Notes: generated by a model from the letters alone, not told the origin. Counted from the stretch's first letter, positions 18,005 to 26,701 are shown. The stretch: DNA of 32,000 nt from Microcystis aeruginosa NIES-2549 (GCF_000981785.2 NZ_CP011304.1:4260001-4292000), one strand, 5' to 3'. Translations and numbers: made by a program.

Positions 18005-18424
18005 CATCATCATCTACCCTACAATCCCAAACTCGTAGAACGAGCCAAAGAACTCCGTAAAAATATGACCAAAGCTGAAAGAAAACTTTGGTATGAATAC
18101 TTAAAAAATTTTCAATATAGAGTTCATCGTCAAAGACCGATTGATCAATTTATTGTTGACTTTTATTGCCCCGAATTAAAATTAGTGATTGAAATTGATG
18201 GTGATATTCATAATAGGGAAGATGCTCAGAACTATGACTTAGAAAGAACCCAAATTTTATCAGGTTATGGATTAACAGTAATCCGCTTTACTAATCAAGA
18301 AGTTTTGAGTAATTTTGAGGGAGTTTGTGGAGTAATTGGAAGTTTGATCCCCCCAACCCCCCTTGATAAGGGGGGCTTTGATCCCTCCTTATTAAGGGGC
18401 TTTGATCCCCCCAACCCCCCTTGA
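17990..18424 (+). CDS. DUF559 (Vsr-like/PD-(D/E)xK) endonuclease-domain protein
   Basis: LPYNPKLVERAKELRKNMTKAERKLWYEYLK ... FRRQ-like HRQRPIDQFIVDFYCPELKLVIEIDGDIH ... ERTQILSGYGLTVIRFTNQEV is the DUF559 signature. The last ~30 codons (IPPTPLDKGGFDPSLLRGFDPPNPP) are encoded by the downstream repeat array. Confidence 0.8.
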   Translation: MQLTNHHHLPYNPKLVERAKELRKNMTKAERKLWYEYLKNFQYRVHRQRPIDQFIVDFYCPELKLVIEIDGDIHNREDAQNYDLERTQILSGYGLTVIRFTNQEVLSNFEGVCGVIGSLIPPTPLDKGGFDPSLLRGFDPPNPP

Positions 18425-18577
18425 TAAGGGGGGCTTTGATCCCTCCTTATTAAGGGGCTTTGATCCCCCCAACCCCCCTTGATAAGGGGGGCTTTGATCC
18501 CTCCTTATTAAGGGGCTTTGATCCCCCCAACCCCCCTTGATAAGGGGGGCTTTGATCCCTCCTTATTAAGGGGGATC
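18343..18577. repeat. 58-bp tandem repeat x4, the reverse-complement partner of the upstream array
   Basis: The unit is tttGATCCCCCCAACCCCCCTTGATAAGGGGGGctttgatccctccttattaaggggc. Anchors at 18346, 18404, 18462 and 18520. The first 30 nt are the exact reverse complement of ccccccttatcaaggggggttggggggatc in the 71-bp units. Confidence 0.9.
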
Positions 18578-18675
18578 TGACAATTTTTAACACCTAACTA
18601 ATTAGAGAGGAAAAGAATACCCAAAAAGTTCTATTGACAACTTTTACAAGAGAGATCAAGGAGAAAATCAAGGAT

Positions 18676-19944
18676 TTACAATCTCGGTTTCAGAACAGTC
18701 CACTGGGTTACGGGGGCCATGGCTTTCCAACCTAAAAACTTACCGACCGGTTCGGCTTTTTCAATGCCAATCCGCAGCAGTTCCCCTCCTAATTTACTAT
18801 GCCATTGCAAGAGGACTAATTCGCTTTCAATTGTAACAGTGTTGGCAACAAGACGACCCCCGGGGCGCAGGGCTAACCAACAGGTTTCCAATAGGTGGGG
18901 TGTGGTGATACCGCCACCAATAAAAATAGCGTCCGGTTGCGGTAAATCTTCCAAGGCACTCGGTGCGATTCCGGCGACGATTTGCAGATGGAGCGTTCCC
19001 AGGGCGGCGGCATTATCGGCAATGTATTGTAATCTGGTGGGATGATGTTCGATCGCAATCCCCTGGCAACGGCGATCGCTACGCAGCCACTCAATGGCAA
19101 TGGAACCACAACCTGCCCCCACATCCCAGAGCAATTGTCCGGGTAAGGGAGCCAATCTACTCAGCGTGATAGCACGAACTTCTCTTTTTGTCAACTGTCC
19201 GTCATGATGGTAGGCAGAATCCGGCAGTCCTGGAAGGCGCGGCGCCAGGGTGGGGGGATGGGAGGAGATGCAGCTAATGGCGATGACATTTAAATCCGCC
19301 AGATCTGTAAACTGCCAATCGTTGGCGATGCCTTGAATGTGGCGTTCTCGGGTTCCCCCTAGATGTTCTAAAACCGTGATGGAACTCTCGCCAAAACCTC
19401 CCTCCCTGAGCAGCCGAGCAGCGAGCGCCGGAGTCTGGGCATCAGCACTCAGTACCAGCAGTTTAGCGCCGGGATAAAGCACCCCATTCAAGCAGGCTGG
19501 GGGCCGACCGCACAAACTCAAAGTTTCCACTTCACTCAGGGACCAACCCAAACGACTACAGGCAAGACTGAAGGCAGAAGGAGAGGGAATAATCGTCATT
19601 TCCTCAAGGGGAATCTGACGGGTGAGGGTGACACCAATCCCGTAGCACATGGGATCACCACTGGCCAAAACACAGACGGATTGACCACGACGGCGGATAA
19701 TCTCGTTAACAGAGTCTTGGATGGGAGAAGTCCAGAGCAGTTTTTGCCGTTGATCCTCAGGGGGTAACATTGCCAGATGACGTTCACCACCGACAATAAC
19801 TGATGCTAAAGAAAGCAGACTTCGCCCCACCGAACTTAAACCTTCTAAGCCATCTTCACCAATTCCTATGATCGATAGCCATTTCGACTTACAATTGCGA
19901 TCCGCCATATTAAAAAAAATCGCTACTATTTCATTATCTGCCAT
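18676..19944 (-). CDS. cobL: Precorrin-6Y C5,15-methyltransferase (decarboxylating), fused CbiE/CbiT type
   Basis: 422 aa. N-terminal tetrapyrrole-methylase half (LSIIGIGEDG, VLASGDPMCYGIG) and C-terminal SAM-MTase half (LWDVGAGCGSIAIEW). An alternative start is M13 at 19908. Confidence 0.85.
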   Translation of the reverse strand: MADNEIVAIFFNMADRNCKSKWLSIIGIGEDGLEGLSSVGRSLLSLASVIVGGERHLAMLPPEDQRQKLLWTSPIQDSVNEIIRRRGQSVCVLASGDPMCYGIGVTLTRQIPLEEMTIIPSPSAFSLACSRLGWSLSEVETLSLCGRPPACLNGVLYPGAKLLVLSADAQTPALAARLLREGGFGESSITVLEHLGGTRERHIQGIANDWQFTDLADLNVIAISCISSHPPTLAPRLPGLPDSAYHHDGQLTKREVRAITLSRLAPLPGQLLWDVGAGCGSIAIEWLRSDRRCQGIAIEHHPTRLQYIADNAAALGTLHLQIVAGIAPSALEDLPQPDAIFIGGGITTPHLLETCWLALRPGGRLVANTVTIESELVLLQWHSKLGGELLRIGIEKAEPVGKFLGWKAMAPVTQWTVLKPRL

Positions 19945-20007
19945 CAGGCTCTATCCTTCAAACAAGATATAATTGGGTTAGTGCCAAGTTAATTGAGATG
20001 AAAAATT

Positions 20008-20655
20008 ATGACCACCACCGCCGATGATGTTTGGAAATTATTAGCCGAATTAGTAGAAGCTCAAAAAGAAACAGAAAGATGCTTTCAAGAAACCGAGCGA
20101 CGCTTTCAAGAAACCGAGCGTGTTCTCAAAGAACAATCTTTAAAAACCGAGCGACGCTTTCAAGAAACCGAGCGCATTCTCAAAGAACAATCTTTAAAAA
20201 CCGATCGCCAAATTACCAGAGTCAGTCAAGAAATTGGTAATCTTGGAGGTAAATGGGGACGTTTTGTCGAAAATATGGTAGCCCCAGCTTGTGAGACTTT
20301 ATTTTTAAATCGTGATATTCCCGTACATCAAGTTAGTCAAAGAGTCAGAAAACGTCTCGACGGTAAAACCCTAGAAATTGATGTGTTAGTAACTAATGAG
20401 AATCATGTGCTAGTAGTGGAAGTCAAAAGTAGTTTAAGTGTAGATGATGTCAAAGAATTAATCAAGAATCTAACAGAATTTAGGCAATTTTTCCCAGAAT
20501 ATAACCAGAAACAATTATATGGGGCAGTAGCAGGCATTGAAATCGAAGAGGGAGCGGATAAATATGCCTATCGTCAAGGTTTATTTGTCTTGGCACAAAG
20601 GGGAGAAAATGTAGCGATTCTTAACGATACTGAGTTTCAACCGAAAACGTGGTAG
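20008..20655 (+). CDS. Coiled-coil plus PD-(D/E)xK-like nuclease-fold protein (DUF3782-like), copy 1
   Basis: 215 aa. N-terminal heptad modules (ERCFQET, ERRFQET, ERVLKEQSLKT ...), then LEIDVLVTNENHVLVVEVKS (D...E-x-K). Near-identical to copy 2. Confidence 0.7.
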   Translation: MTTTADDVWKLLAELVEAQKETERCFQETERRFQETERVLKEQSLKTERRFQETERILKEQSLKTDRQITRVSQEIGNLGGKWGRFVENMVAPACETLFLNRDIPVHQVSQRVRKRLDGKTLEIDVLVTNENHVLVVEVKSSLSVDDVKELIKNLTEFRQFFPEYNQKQLYGAVAGIEIEEGADKYAYRQGLFVLAQRGENVAILNDTEFQPKTW

Positions 20656-20712
20656 GGGCTTTAAAAACAAGATATAATCAAGTTATTGTCAAGTTAATTC
20701 AGATGAAAAATT

Positions 20713-21348
20713 ATGACCACCACCGCCGATGACGTTTGGAAATTATTAGCCGAATTAGTAGAAGCTCAAAAAGAGACAGAAAGATGCTTTCAAGAAACCG
20801 AGCGACGCTTTCAAGAAACCGAGCGGATTCTCAAAGAACAATCGTTAGAAACCGAGCGGATTCTCAAAGAACAATCTTTAAAAACCGATCGCCAAATTAC
20901 TAGACTCAGTAAAGAAATTGGTAATCTTGGCGGTAAATGGGGACGTTTTGTCGAAAATATGGTAGCTCCAGCTTGTGAGACTTTATTTTTAAATCGTCAG
21001 ATTCCCGTACATCAAGTTAGTCAAAGAGTCAGAAAACGTCTCGACGGTAAAACCCTAGAAATTGATGTGTTAGTAACTAATGAAAATCATGTGCTGGTAG
21101 TGGAAGTCAAAAGTAGTTTAAGTGTAGATGATGTCAAAGAATTAATCAAGAATCTAACAGAATTTAGGCAATTTTTCCCAGAATATAACCAGAAACAATT
21201 ATATGGGGCAGTAGCAGGCATTGAAATCGAAGAAGGAGCAGATAAATATGCCTATCGTCAAGGTTTATTTGTCTTGGCACAAAGGGGGGAAAATGTAGCA
21301 ATTCTTAACGATACTGAGTTTCAACCGAAAACGTGGTATGATCCTTAA
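20713..21348 (+). CDS. Coiled-coil plus PD-(D/E)xK-like nuclease-fold protein (DUF3782-like), copy 2
   Basis: 211 aa. Tandem paralog of 20008-20655 including ~45 nt of upstream sequence. Lacks one ERRFQET module and has a different C-terminal end (..TWYDP). Confidence 0.7.
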   Translation: MTTTADDVWKLLAELVEAQKETERCFQETERRFQETERILKEQSLETERILKEQSLKTDRQITRLSKEIGNLGGKWGRFVENMVAPACETLFLNRQIPVHQVSQRVRKRLDGKTLEIDVLVTNENHVLVVEVKSSLSVDDVKELIKNLTEFRQFFPEYNQKQLYGAVAGIEIEEGADKYAYRQGLFVLAQRGENVAILNDTEFQPKTWYDP

Positions 21349-21349
21349 G

Positions 21350-21465
21350 CTTGTCTTTGGGAAAGTCCAGTGCGATTCTGGTACTGTGCCGCAGCTGTAA
21401 TCAAGTAAAAAGTAAAAAGAGTACATCTTCCCTTTTTCCTTGCGAGTCAGAATGCCAATTACAAG
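21350..21465 (+). promoter_or_regulatory. Cobalamin riboswitch (short form, no large peripheral extension) upstream of cobG-cobH-cobI
   Basis: GGGAAAGUCCAGUGCGAUUCUGGUACUGUGCCGCAGCUGUAA (21359-21400) closely matches the conserved core as I recall it from E. coli btuB (GGGAAUCCAGUGCGAAUCUGGAGCUGACGCGCAGCGGUAA). B12-box-like AGUCAGAAUGCC at 21445-21456. Closing helix CUUGU (21350-54) / ACAAG (21461-65). Confidence 0.7.
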
Positions 21466-21532
21466 TTTTTAATCGGTAGATAGACAAATATTTTCTAACT
21501 ACTTCTCTGCGTCGCATGGAGAACAAACAACG

Positions 21533-22948
21533 GTGAATTGGTTAGTTGAAGCAAATGCTTGTCCTGGTTTATTTTATGGAACTGCTGCCCAGGATGGGTT
21601 TTTAATTCGTCTCCGCACCCCCGGTGGATGGCTCAATTCTCCACAGGGAAAAGCGATCGCCACTTGGCTCGAACAATGGCAGACGACAATACAAGTTACC
21701 AATCGGGCAAATCTGCAAATTCGCGGACTGCAAAAATCCCCCAGTTTAGAAGAATTTCAAACCCTGCAAAAATTAGGGTTAGCCGCCCATAATCCCAGTA
21801 TCGATCATCTGCGTAATATCATGTCCAGTCCCACGGCTGGAATTGACTGTCAAGAATCGATCGATACTCGTCCATTAGTCCAAGAATTAGATAATTTTAT
21901 CCAAAATTATCCATCAATTGCCCAACTAAGTCCTAAATTTAGTATCGGCATCGATGGCGGTGGTGCAGTGGGAATTGGCACCGGTTCAACTATGGCCTGG
22001 CAACACCGCTATAATGAGATTCAGCTATCAGCAATTGTCCTCAATAATCCGAAAAATTTAACTTCTATTCTTTGCTTTCGATTAGCCCTCGGAGGAGATA
22101 AACAATTATATGACACGGACTTATTAATTGAGCCAGAAAACTGTTTAGCTGTGGTCAAAGCTTTAGTCACAGTTTATATCGATTATGTTCAACAAAACCC
22201 CAATATCAAGGGTAAAAAACCTCGGATGAAACACCTGCTCAAAGATTGGGGATTGACAAAATATCTCGAACAAGTTAACTACCAATTACATCGGACTTCT
22301 ACCGGCATAATACAAGGGCAAGAATACCAGCAGGCTGCCCATTCTACTCAACCCTATTTTCATCTGGGAATTCATCCTCAAAAGCAACCAGGATTATCTT
22401 ATATTGGTCTATCATTAAGATTAGGACAATTGACGGCTAATCAACTATGGGGATTAGCGGCACTATCAGAAACTTTTGGCAGTGGTCAGTTACGATTAAC
22501 CCCTTGGCAGACTGTTATATTACCCGATATTCCCGATGAAAAAGTCTCAGAATTGTTGCCAAAACTGGCATCCTTAGGATTATCCGCTTCTCCCGGATGG
22601 GATGCGGGGATAGTTGCCTGTAGCGGTAAACCGGGCTGTGCGGCGGCGGCCACTGCAACTCAAATTCATGCTTCTCTCTTGGCAGATTATTTGAAAGAAC
22701 ACTTAACCTGCAATTCTCCTGTTAATATTCACTTGACAGGTTGTGCTAAATCCTGCGCTCAACCGGGTCCGGCCGAAATTACCCTTTTAGGAACTACCAT
22801 CGAGGAAAATGGCCAAATACTAGAAGCTTATCAAGTCTATATGGGTGATAGTCAAAAATTCTTAGAAACACCCATATTTGAGGGAGAATTTACCAAGATT
22901 CCCCCCCTCATAGCCCAAATTTTAAGCTCCCAAAAATCGAAAATTTAG
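21533..22948 (+). CDS. cobG: Precorrin-3B synthase (CobG; sulfite/nitrite-reductase-like)
   Basis: 471 aa with a GTG start. N-terminal ACPGLFYGTAAQDGFLIRLRTPGG is the CobG signature. C-terminal Cys cluster CSGKPGCAAA ... GCAKSC. Confidence 0.8.
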   Translation: MNWLVEANACPGLFYGTAAQDGFLIRLRTPGGWLNSPQGKAIATWLEQWQTTIQVTNRANLQIRGLQKSPSLEEFQTLQKLGLAAHNPSIDHLRNIMSSPTAGIDCQESIDTRPLVQELDNFIQNYPSIAQLSPKFSIGIDGGGAVGIGTGSTMAWQHRYNEIQLSAIVLNNPKNLTSILCFRLALGGDKQLYDTDLLIEPENCLAVVKALVTVYIDYVQQNPNIKGKKPRMKHLLKDWGLTKYLEQVNYQLHRTSTGIIQGQEYQQAAHSTQPYFHLGIHPQKQPGLSYIGLSLRLGQLTANQLWGLAALSETFGSGQLRLTPWQTVILPDIPDEKVSELLPKLASLGLSASPGWDAGIVACSGKPGCAAAATATQIHASLLADYLKEHLTCNSPVNIHLTGCAKSCAQPGPAEITLLGTTIEENGQILEAYQVYMGDSQKFLETPIFEGEFTKIPPLIAQILSSQKSKI

Positions 22949-22957
22949 ATAAATAGA

Positions 22958-23584
22958 ATGGAATACATTAAGAATGGTGAGGAAATTTACCGCAAATCTT
23001 TTGCTATTATTCGGGCTGAAACTAACTGGGAAAATCTCCCCGATGATTTAGCTCATGTGGCGGTTCGTCTAATTCATTCCTGTGGGATGACAGACATAAC
23101 AGAAGATTTAGAAGCATCACCGGATGCAGTTAAAATCGGACGAAATGCCCTCGCTGGGGGTGCAGCAATTCTCTGTGATTCTCAAATGGTCGCTAATGGC
23201 ATTACCAAAGCCCGTTTACCTAAAAATAATCCGATTATTTGTACCCTCAATCATCCAGAAGTGACCGAATTAGCACGGCAAATTAATAATACTCGCTCCG
23301 CTGCCGCTTTAGAACTTTGGCGACGTCATTTAGCTGGAGCAGTGGTGGCCATTGGTAATGCACCAACCGCACTTTTTCGCCTGCTAGAATTGCTCGATCA
23401 AAATGTAGATAAACCGGCTTTGATTTTAGGCTTTCCCGTGGGATTTGTAGGAGCGGCAGAGTCGAAAATAGAATTAGCAACTAATAGTCGTGGCGTGCCA
23501 TTTATTACCCTGCACGGACGCAGGGGAGGAAGCGCAATCGCAGCAGCAGCAGTCAATGCTTTAGCAAAAGAGAACGAATTATGA
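22958..23584 (+). CDS. cobH: Precorrin-8X methylmutase
   Basis: 208 aa. IRLIHSCGM, the AIGNAPTALF motif and the GFVGAAESK motif are typical of CobH/CbiC. Confidence 0.9.
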   Translation: MEYIKNGEEIYRKSFAIIRAETNWENLPDDLAHVAVRLIHSCGMTDITEDLEASPDAVKIGRNALAGGAAILCDSQMVANGITKARLPKNNPIICTLNHPEVTELARQINNTRSAAALELWRRHLAGAVVAIGNAPTALFRLLELLDQNVDKPALILGFPVGFVGAAESKIELATNSRGVPFITLHGRRGGSAIAAAAVNALAKENEL

Positions 23585-24285
23585 ATAAATTAGGCAAACT
23601 TTATGGATTAGGAATCGGGCCCGGTGATCCCGAATTGTTGACGCTAAAAGCACACCGAATTCTCACAACTGTTCCGGTAATTGCCTATCCTACCTTAGAA
23701 AGTGGCAAAGTTTTGGCACGGGCAATTGTGTCGGATTTTATCCGTCCCGAGCAGATAGAAATTCCCATGCCTTTACCTTTTAGTGTCGAGCGCAGTTCTC
23801 AACCTCATTATGATATTGCCGCCGAAAATATCGCCGAACATTTAAACTTAGGTCGAGATGTGGCGGTTTTATGTGTGGGCGATCCGATGTTGTATGGCAC
23901 GTTTATGTATATCTTTAATCGCTTGTGCGATCGCTTTTCCATTGAAGTCGTGCCGGGTATTTCTTCAGTGATGGCAAGTGCAGCAATGCTGGGTGTACCT
24001 ATCACTTATCGAAATGACGTATTTAGTATTATGCCCGCTACTTTAAAGGCGGAAATATTGCGGGATCGCCTAGCCTTTATCGATGCAGCAGCGATTATTA
24101 AATTAGGCAGACATTTCGCTAAAGTTCGCGATATTCTCGAGGAATTAGGATTATTAGAACGCGCCCTCTACATCGAACGAGCAACCTTACCCAATCAGCA
24201 AATTATTCCGATTACAGAAGTCGATCCAGAGGCTGCTACTTACTGGTCATTAATTCTGATTCCTAGTAAAACTAAACCGCAATAA
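23581..24285 (+). CDS. cobI: Precorrin-2 C20-methyltransferase
   Basis: 234 aa. LYGLGIGPGDPELLTLKA, GDPMLYGTF and VPGISS motifs. ATGA overlap with cobH. Confidence 0.9.
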   Translation: MNKLGKLYGLGIGPGDPELLTLKAHRILTTVPVIAYPTLESGKVLARAIVSDFIRPEQIEIPMPLPFSVERSSQPHYDIAAENIAEHLNLGRDVAVLCVGDPMLYGTFMYIFNRLCDRFSIEVVPGISSVMASAAMLGVPITYRNDVFSIMPATLKAEILRDRLAFIDAAAIIKLGRHFAKVRDILEELGLLERALYIERATLPNQQIIPITEVDPEAATYWSLILIPSKTKPQ

Positions 24286-24595
24286 CTCTATAGACACTAA
24301 GTTAAATTCTCTATCCCCTACCGAGTGCATCTCACATTTGCAGAAATACCGACAATCAGCAATTATCAGTGACTCTTAAATGATGACAAATGTATCAGCA
24401 GCTGCCTGTAAGCATCCCACCGAAAAGCTAATGCGCGGGGGGGGTTGACGGCGACGCTACGCCCACGACGAGGCTCAACAATACCTCAACAACTAATGGA
24501 AGGGATTCCGGCATGATTAAAATAAATTAAGGTCATCTGGCCGCAGTTGGTTAAAACTGACTGAAAATATTACTTGGTTTGAGGAGCTTTTCAAA

Positions 24596-25744
24596 TTGAC
24601 AGACGATCGCGTTTATTGGTTAGCATGGTCAAGTATTGCTGGAGTTGGGCCAATTTCCCTGAAGCGACTCTATCAACATTTTGGCAGTGTCGCTGTGGCC
24701 TGGAATGCCTCCGATTCTGCGATCGCAGAAGGGGCGGGATTTGGCAAAAAGTTAATGGTAGCCGTACGGGAAGGGCGATCGCAAATTGACCCAGAAGCTC
24801 TTTTCGCCGAACATATCCAGAAAAATCCCCTTTTTTGGACTCCTAGCGACCCAGAATATCCCCGCTTTCTCCGGGAAATTCCCAGTCCTCCCCCCTTACT
24901 TTACTATCAAGGAAAGGTCAATTTAGAGGAAAATCAGGGAAATATCCCCACCGTCGCCATTGTGGGTACTCGTAACCCCACGGATCACGGCAGGCGCTGG
25001 GCGCGGCGCTTAAGTACCCTTTTGGCCCAACAGGGATTTACTATTGTTTCTGGCATGGCCGAAGGAATTGATGGCGAGGCACACCAAAGCTGTTTAAAAG
25101 CCGGGGGAAGGACGATTGCCGTCTTGGGAACAGGGGTCGATGTGGTTTATCCTAGTCGTCATCGGCAGCTACACGCGGACATCCAAAAGCAGGGTTTAGT
25201 CATTAGTGAACATCCCGCCGCAACTCAGCCGAATAAAGCCCATTTTCCCAGTCGTAATCGCATTATCGCTGGTTTAAGTCGCGCGACTATTGTTATCGAG
25301 GCCCCCGAAAGGTCTGGCTCCCTGATTACAGCTAGTTATGCTAACGAATTTGGCGGCGATATCTATGCTTTACCCAATTCTCCCGATATTGCTGCCGCTA
25401 GAGGTTGTTTACAACTGATTCATCAGGGGGCAGAAATTATCGTTTCTGAGGAGAAATTATTAGAAATGTTGGGGGCAATTCCCACCACGAACCAATCTGC
25501 ACCGCTTAATCTCTCCCCTTCACTCCCTCTAGAGACATCCCCGGCCGTTAATGCTGCTCCTCCAGTCAATCTAGAACCTAGACTAGCACAAGTGTATCAG
25601 TTATTTGACAGAGATGCCCTGTTGTTTGACATTATTGTTCAAAAAATGCAAATCCCCACCTCAGAAGTGGCGGGGATTTTATTGGAATTAGAATTAATAG
25701 GTTTAGTGACTCAGTTACCCGGTATGCGTTACCAGAAAACCTAG
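24596..25744 (+). CDS. dprA: DNA-processing protein DprA (Smf)
   Basis: 382 aa with a TTG start in the ORF track. [40 protein letters not shown] and NRIIAGLS are DprA Rossmann-domain motifs. Confidence 0.85.
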   Translation: MTDDRVYWLAWSSIAGVGPISLKRLYQHFGSVAVAWNASDSAIAEGAGFGKKLMVAVREGRSQIDPEALFAEHIQKNPLFWTPSDPEYPRFLREIPSPPPLLYYQGKVNLEENQGNIPTVAIVGTRNPTDHGRRWARRLSTLLAQQGFTIVSGMAEGIDGEAHQSCLKAGGRTIAVLGTGVDVVYPSRHRQLHADIQKQGLVISEHPAATQPNKAHFPSRNRIIAGLSRATIVIEAPERSGSLITASYANEFGGDIYALPNSPDIAAARGCLQLIHQGAEIIVSEEKLLEMLGAIPTTNQSAPLNLSPSLPLETSPAVNAAPPVNLEPRLAQVYQLFDRDALLFDIIVQKMQIPTSEVAGILLELELIGLVTQLPGMRYQKT

Positions 25745-25756
25745 TTAACCCCCAAA

Positions 25757-25936
25757 TGCTTATTTATGGTATTAGCTAAAGTGGTTTTCGGTGCAGCCCC
25801 GACCACTAGATCAACTTTTTGACCCCTTTTGAGGATCATCAGGTTTCAGGTGTTTATCTATGGTATTAGCTAAAGTGGTTTTCGGTACAGCCCCGACCAC
25901 CATATCAACTTTTTGACCTCCTTTGAAAATCATCAG
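25757..25936. repeat. 94-bp imperfect tandem duplication covering the trxA 3' end
   Basis: tatggtattagctaaagtggttttcggt(g/a)cagccccgaccac... occurs at 25765 and again at 25859. atcatcag occurs at 25835 and 25929. The period is 94 (not a multiple of 3). Confidence 0.85.
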
Positions 25937-26167
25937 AGTAGGAATACTGCGAATCCCGTACTGACTAGCGATATTGGGGTTTTCGTCGGTGTTGAGTTTC
26001 ACCACCTTGACTTTCCCTATGAACATTTCGGCAATTTCTGCGACAACGGGAGCCACCATTCGACAAGGACCGCACCAAGGAGCCCAGAAATCCACTAGGA
26101 CAAGGTCGGTACTATCTAAAACTTCGACTTTAAAGTTGGCATCTGTAACTGCAGGAACCTCTGACAT
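25811..26167 (-). CDS. trxA: Thioredoxin, with a C-terminal tail altered by the 94-bp duplication
   Basis: [10 protein letters not shown] active site and [16 protein letters not shown]. The ORF reads out of frame into the duplicated copy (tail [11 protein letters not shown]). Confidence 0.9.
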   Translation of the reverse strand: MSEVPAVTDANFKVEVLDSTDLVLVDFWAPWCGPCRMVAPVVAEIAEMFIGKVKVVKLNTDENPNIASQYGIRSIPTLMIFKGGQKVDMVVGAVPKTTLANTIDKHLKPDDPQKGSKS

Positions 26168-26544
26168 ACTTAAGAAATCCTCTAGTAATCACGGTTATCT
26201 AGAATACGCAAAAATTTCATTCTAGAGATTCGTGGTGCGATGTTGACATTCCACTGGTGAAAAGGACGAGAACTAGCTCTAAATCCAATGTAAAGGCCTT
26301 AACTTGCATCAGAGGTAGCTTCTTGGATCAATTTCACAAGGGGCATTCTTCTATTTTATAACCCTAGAGGCTCTATTTTGACTTTTTTTTGATAAAGTTT
26401 TGTAATATTGCCGGAGTCAAGCATGGGTGATGGGAGCCAGATAAAATTTTCTTGAAGAAAAACCCCAAAAGTCATCGATTTTATCTAGGCTTAACCTGAG
26501 TTTGATTATGATTGGCACAAGCCACCTCCTAATTGAGCTTTTCT

Positions 26545-26596
26545 ATGAAAATTCTGGTCTTAAATGCGGGATCGAGCAGTCAAAAAAGTTGTTTAT
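26545..26596 (+). pseudogene. ackA: Acetate kinase 5' stub (first ~17 codons only)
   Basis: ATG at 26545 gives MKILVLNAGSSSQKSCL, the canonical AckA N-terminus (compare MKFLILNAGSSSQKSCLY as I recall it from Synechocystis). Similarity ends at about 26597 and the frame stops at 26611-26613. Confidence 0.6.
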
Positions 26597-26701
26597 CAAA
26601 AATGTCGGGGTGAAGACCCTCGTACTGACGGGATGAAACCGTTCCGACATCGGCGTGAGCTTTTGTCGAACGCTGATCTCACGGCCGAAGCCCCGACCAA
26701 T

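Noticed and set aside
17721-18577. The tandem repeat arrays flanking the DUF559 gene could be a CRISPR array.
   Set aside because: The units are contiguous (71-bp and 58-bp periods) with no unique spacers between them, and no cas genes are present. They are tandem duplications.
20031-20240. An alternative-frame 69-aa ORF inside the coiled-coil repeat region.
   Set aside because: It is an artefact of the internally repetitive DNA. The main frame continues into a conserved domain and is duplicated intact in copy 2.
24286-24595. A 310-bp cobI-dprA spacer with a GC-rich patch and a G8 run (24437-24444); possible small ORF or ncRNA.
   Set aside because: The best minus-strand ORF is only 28 codons. 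I could not see a recognisable RNA family motif, terminator or conserved structure.
26612-26640. CUGA...GAUGAAAC resembles a hammerhead ribozyme core.
   Set aside because: The CUGANGA box is not matched (CUGACGG), and helices I-III cannot be drawn convincingly.
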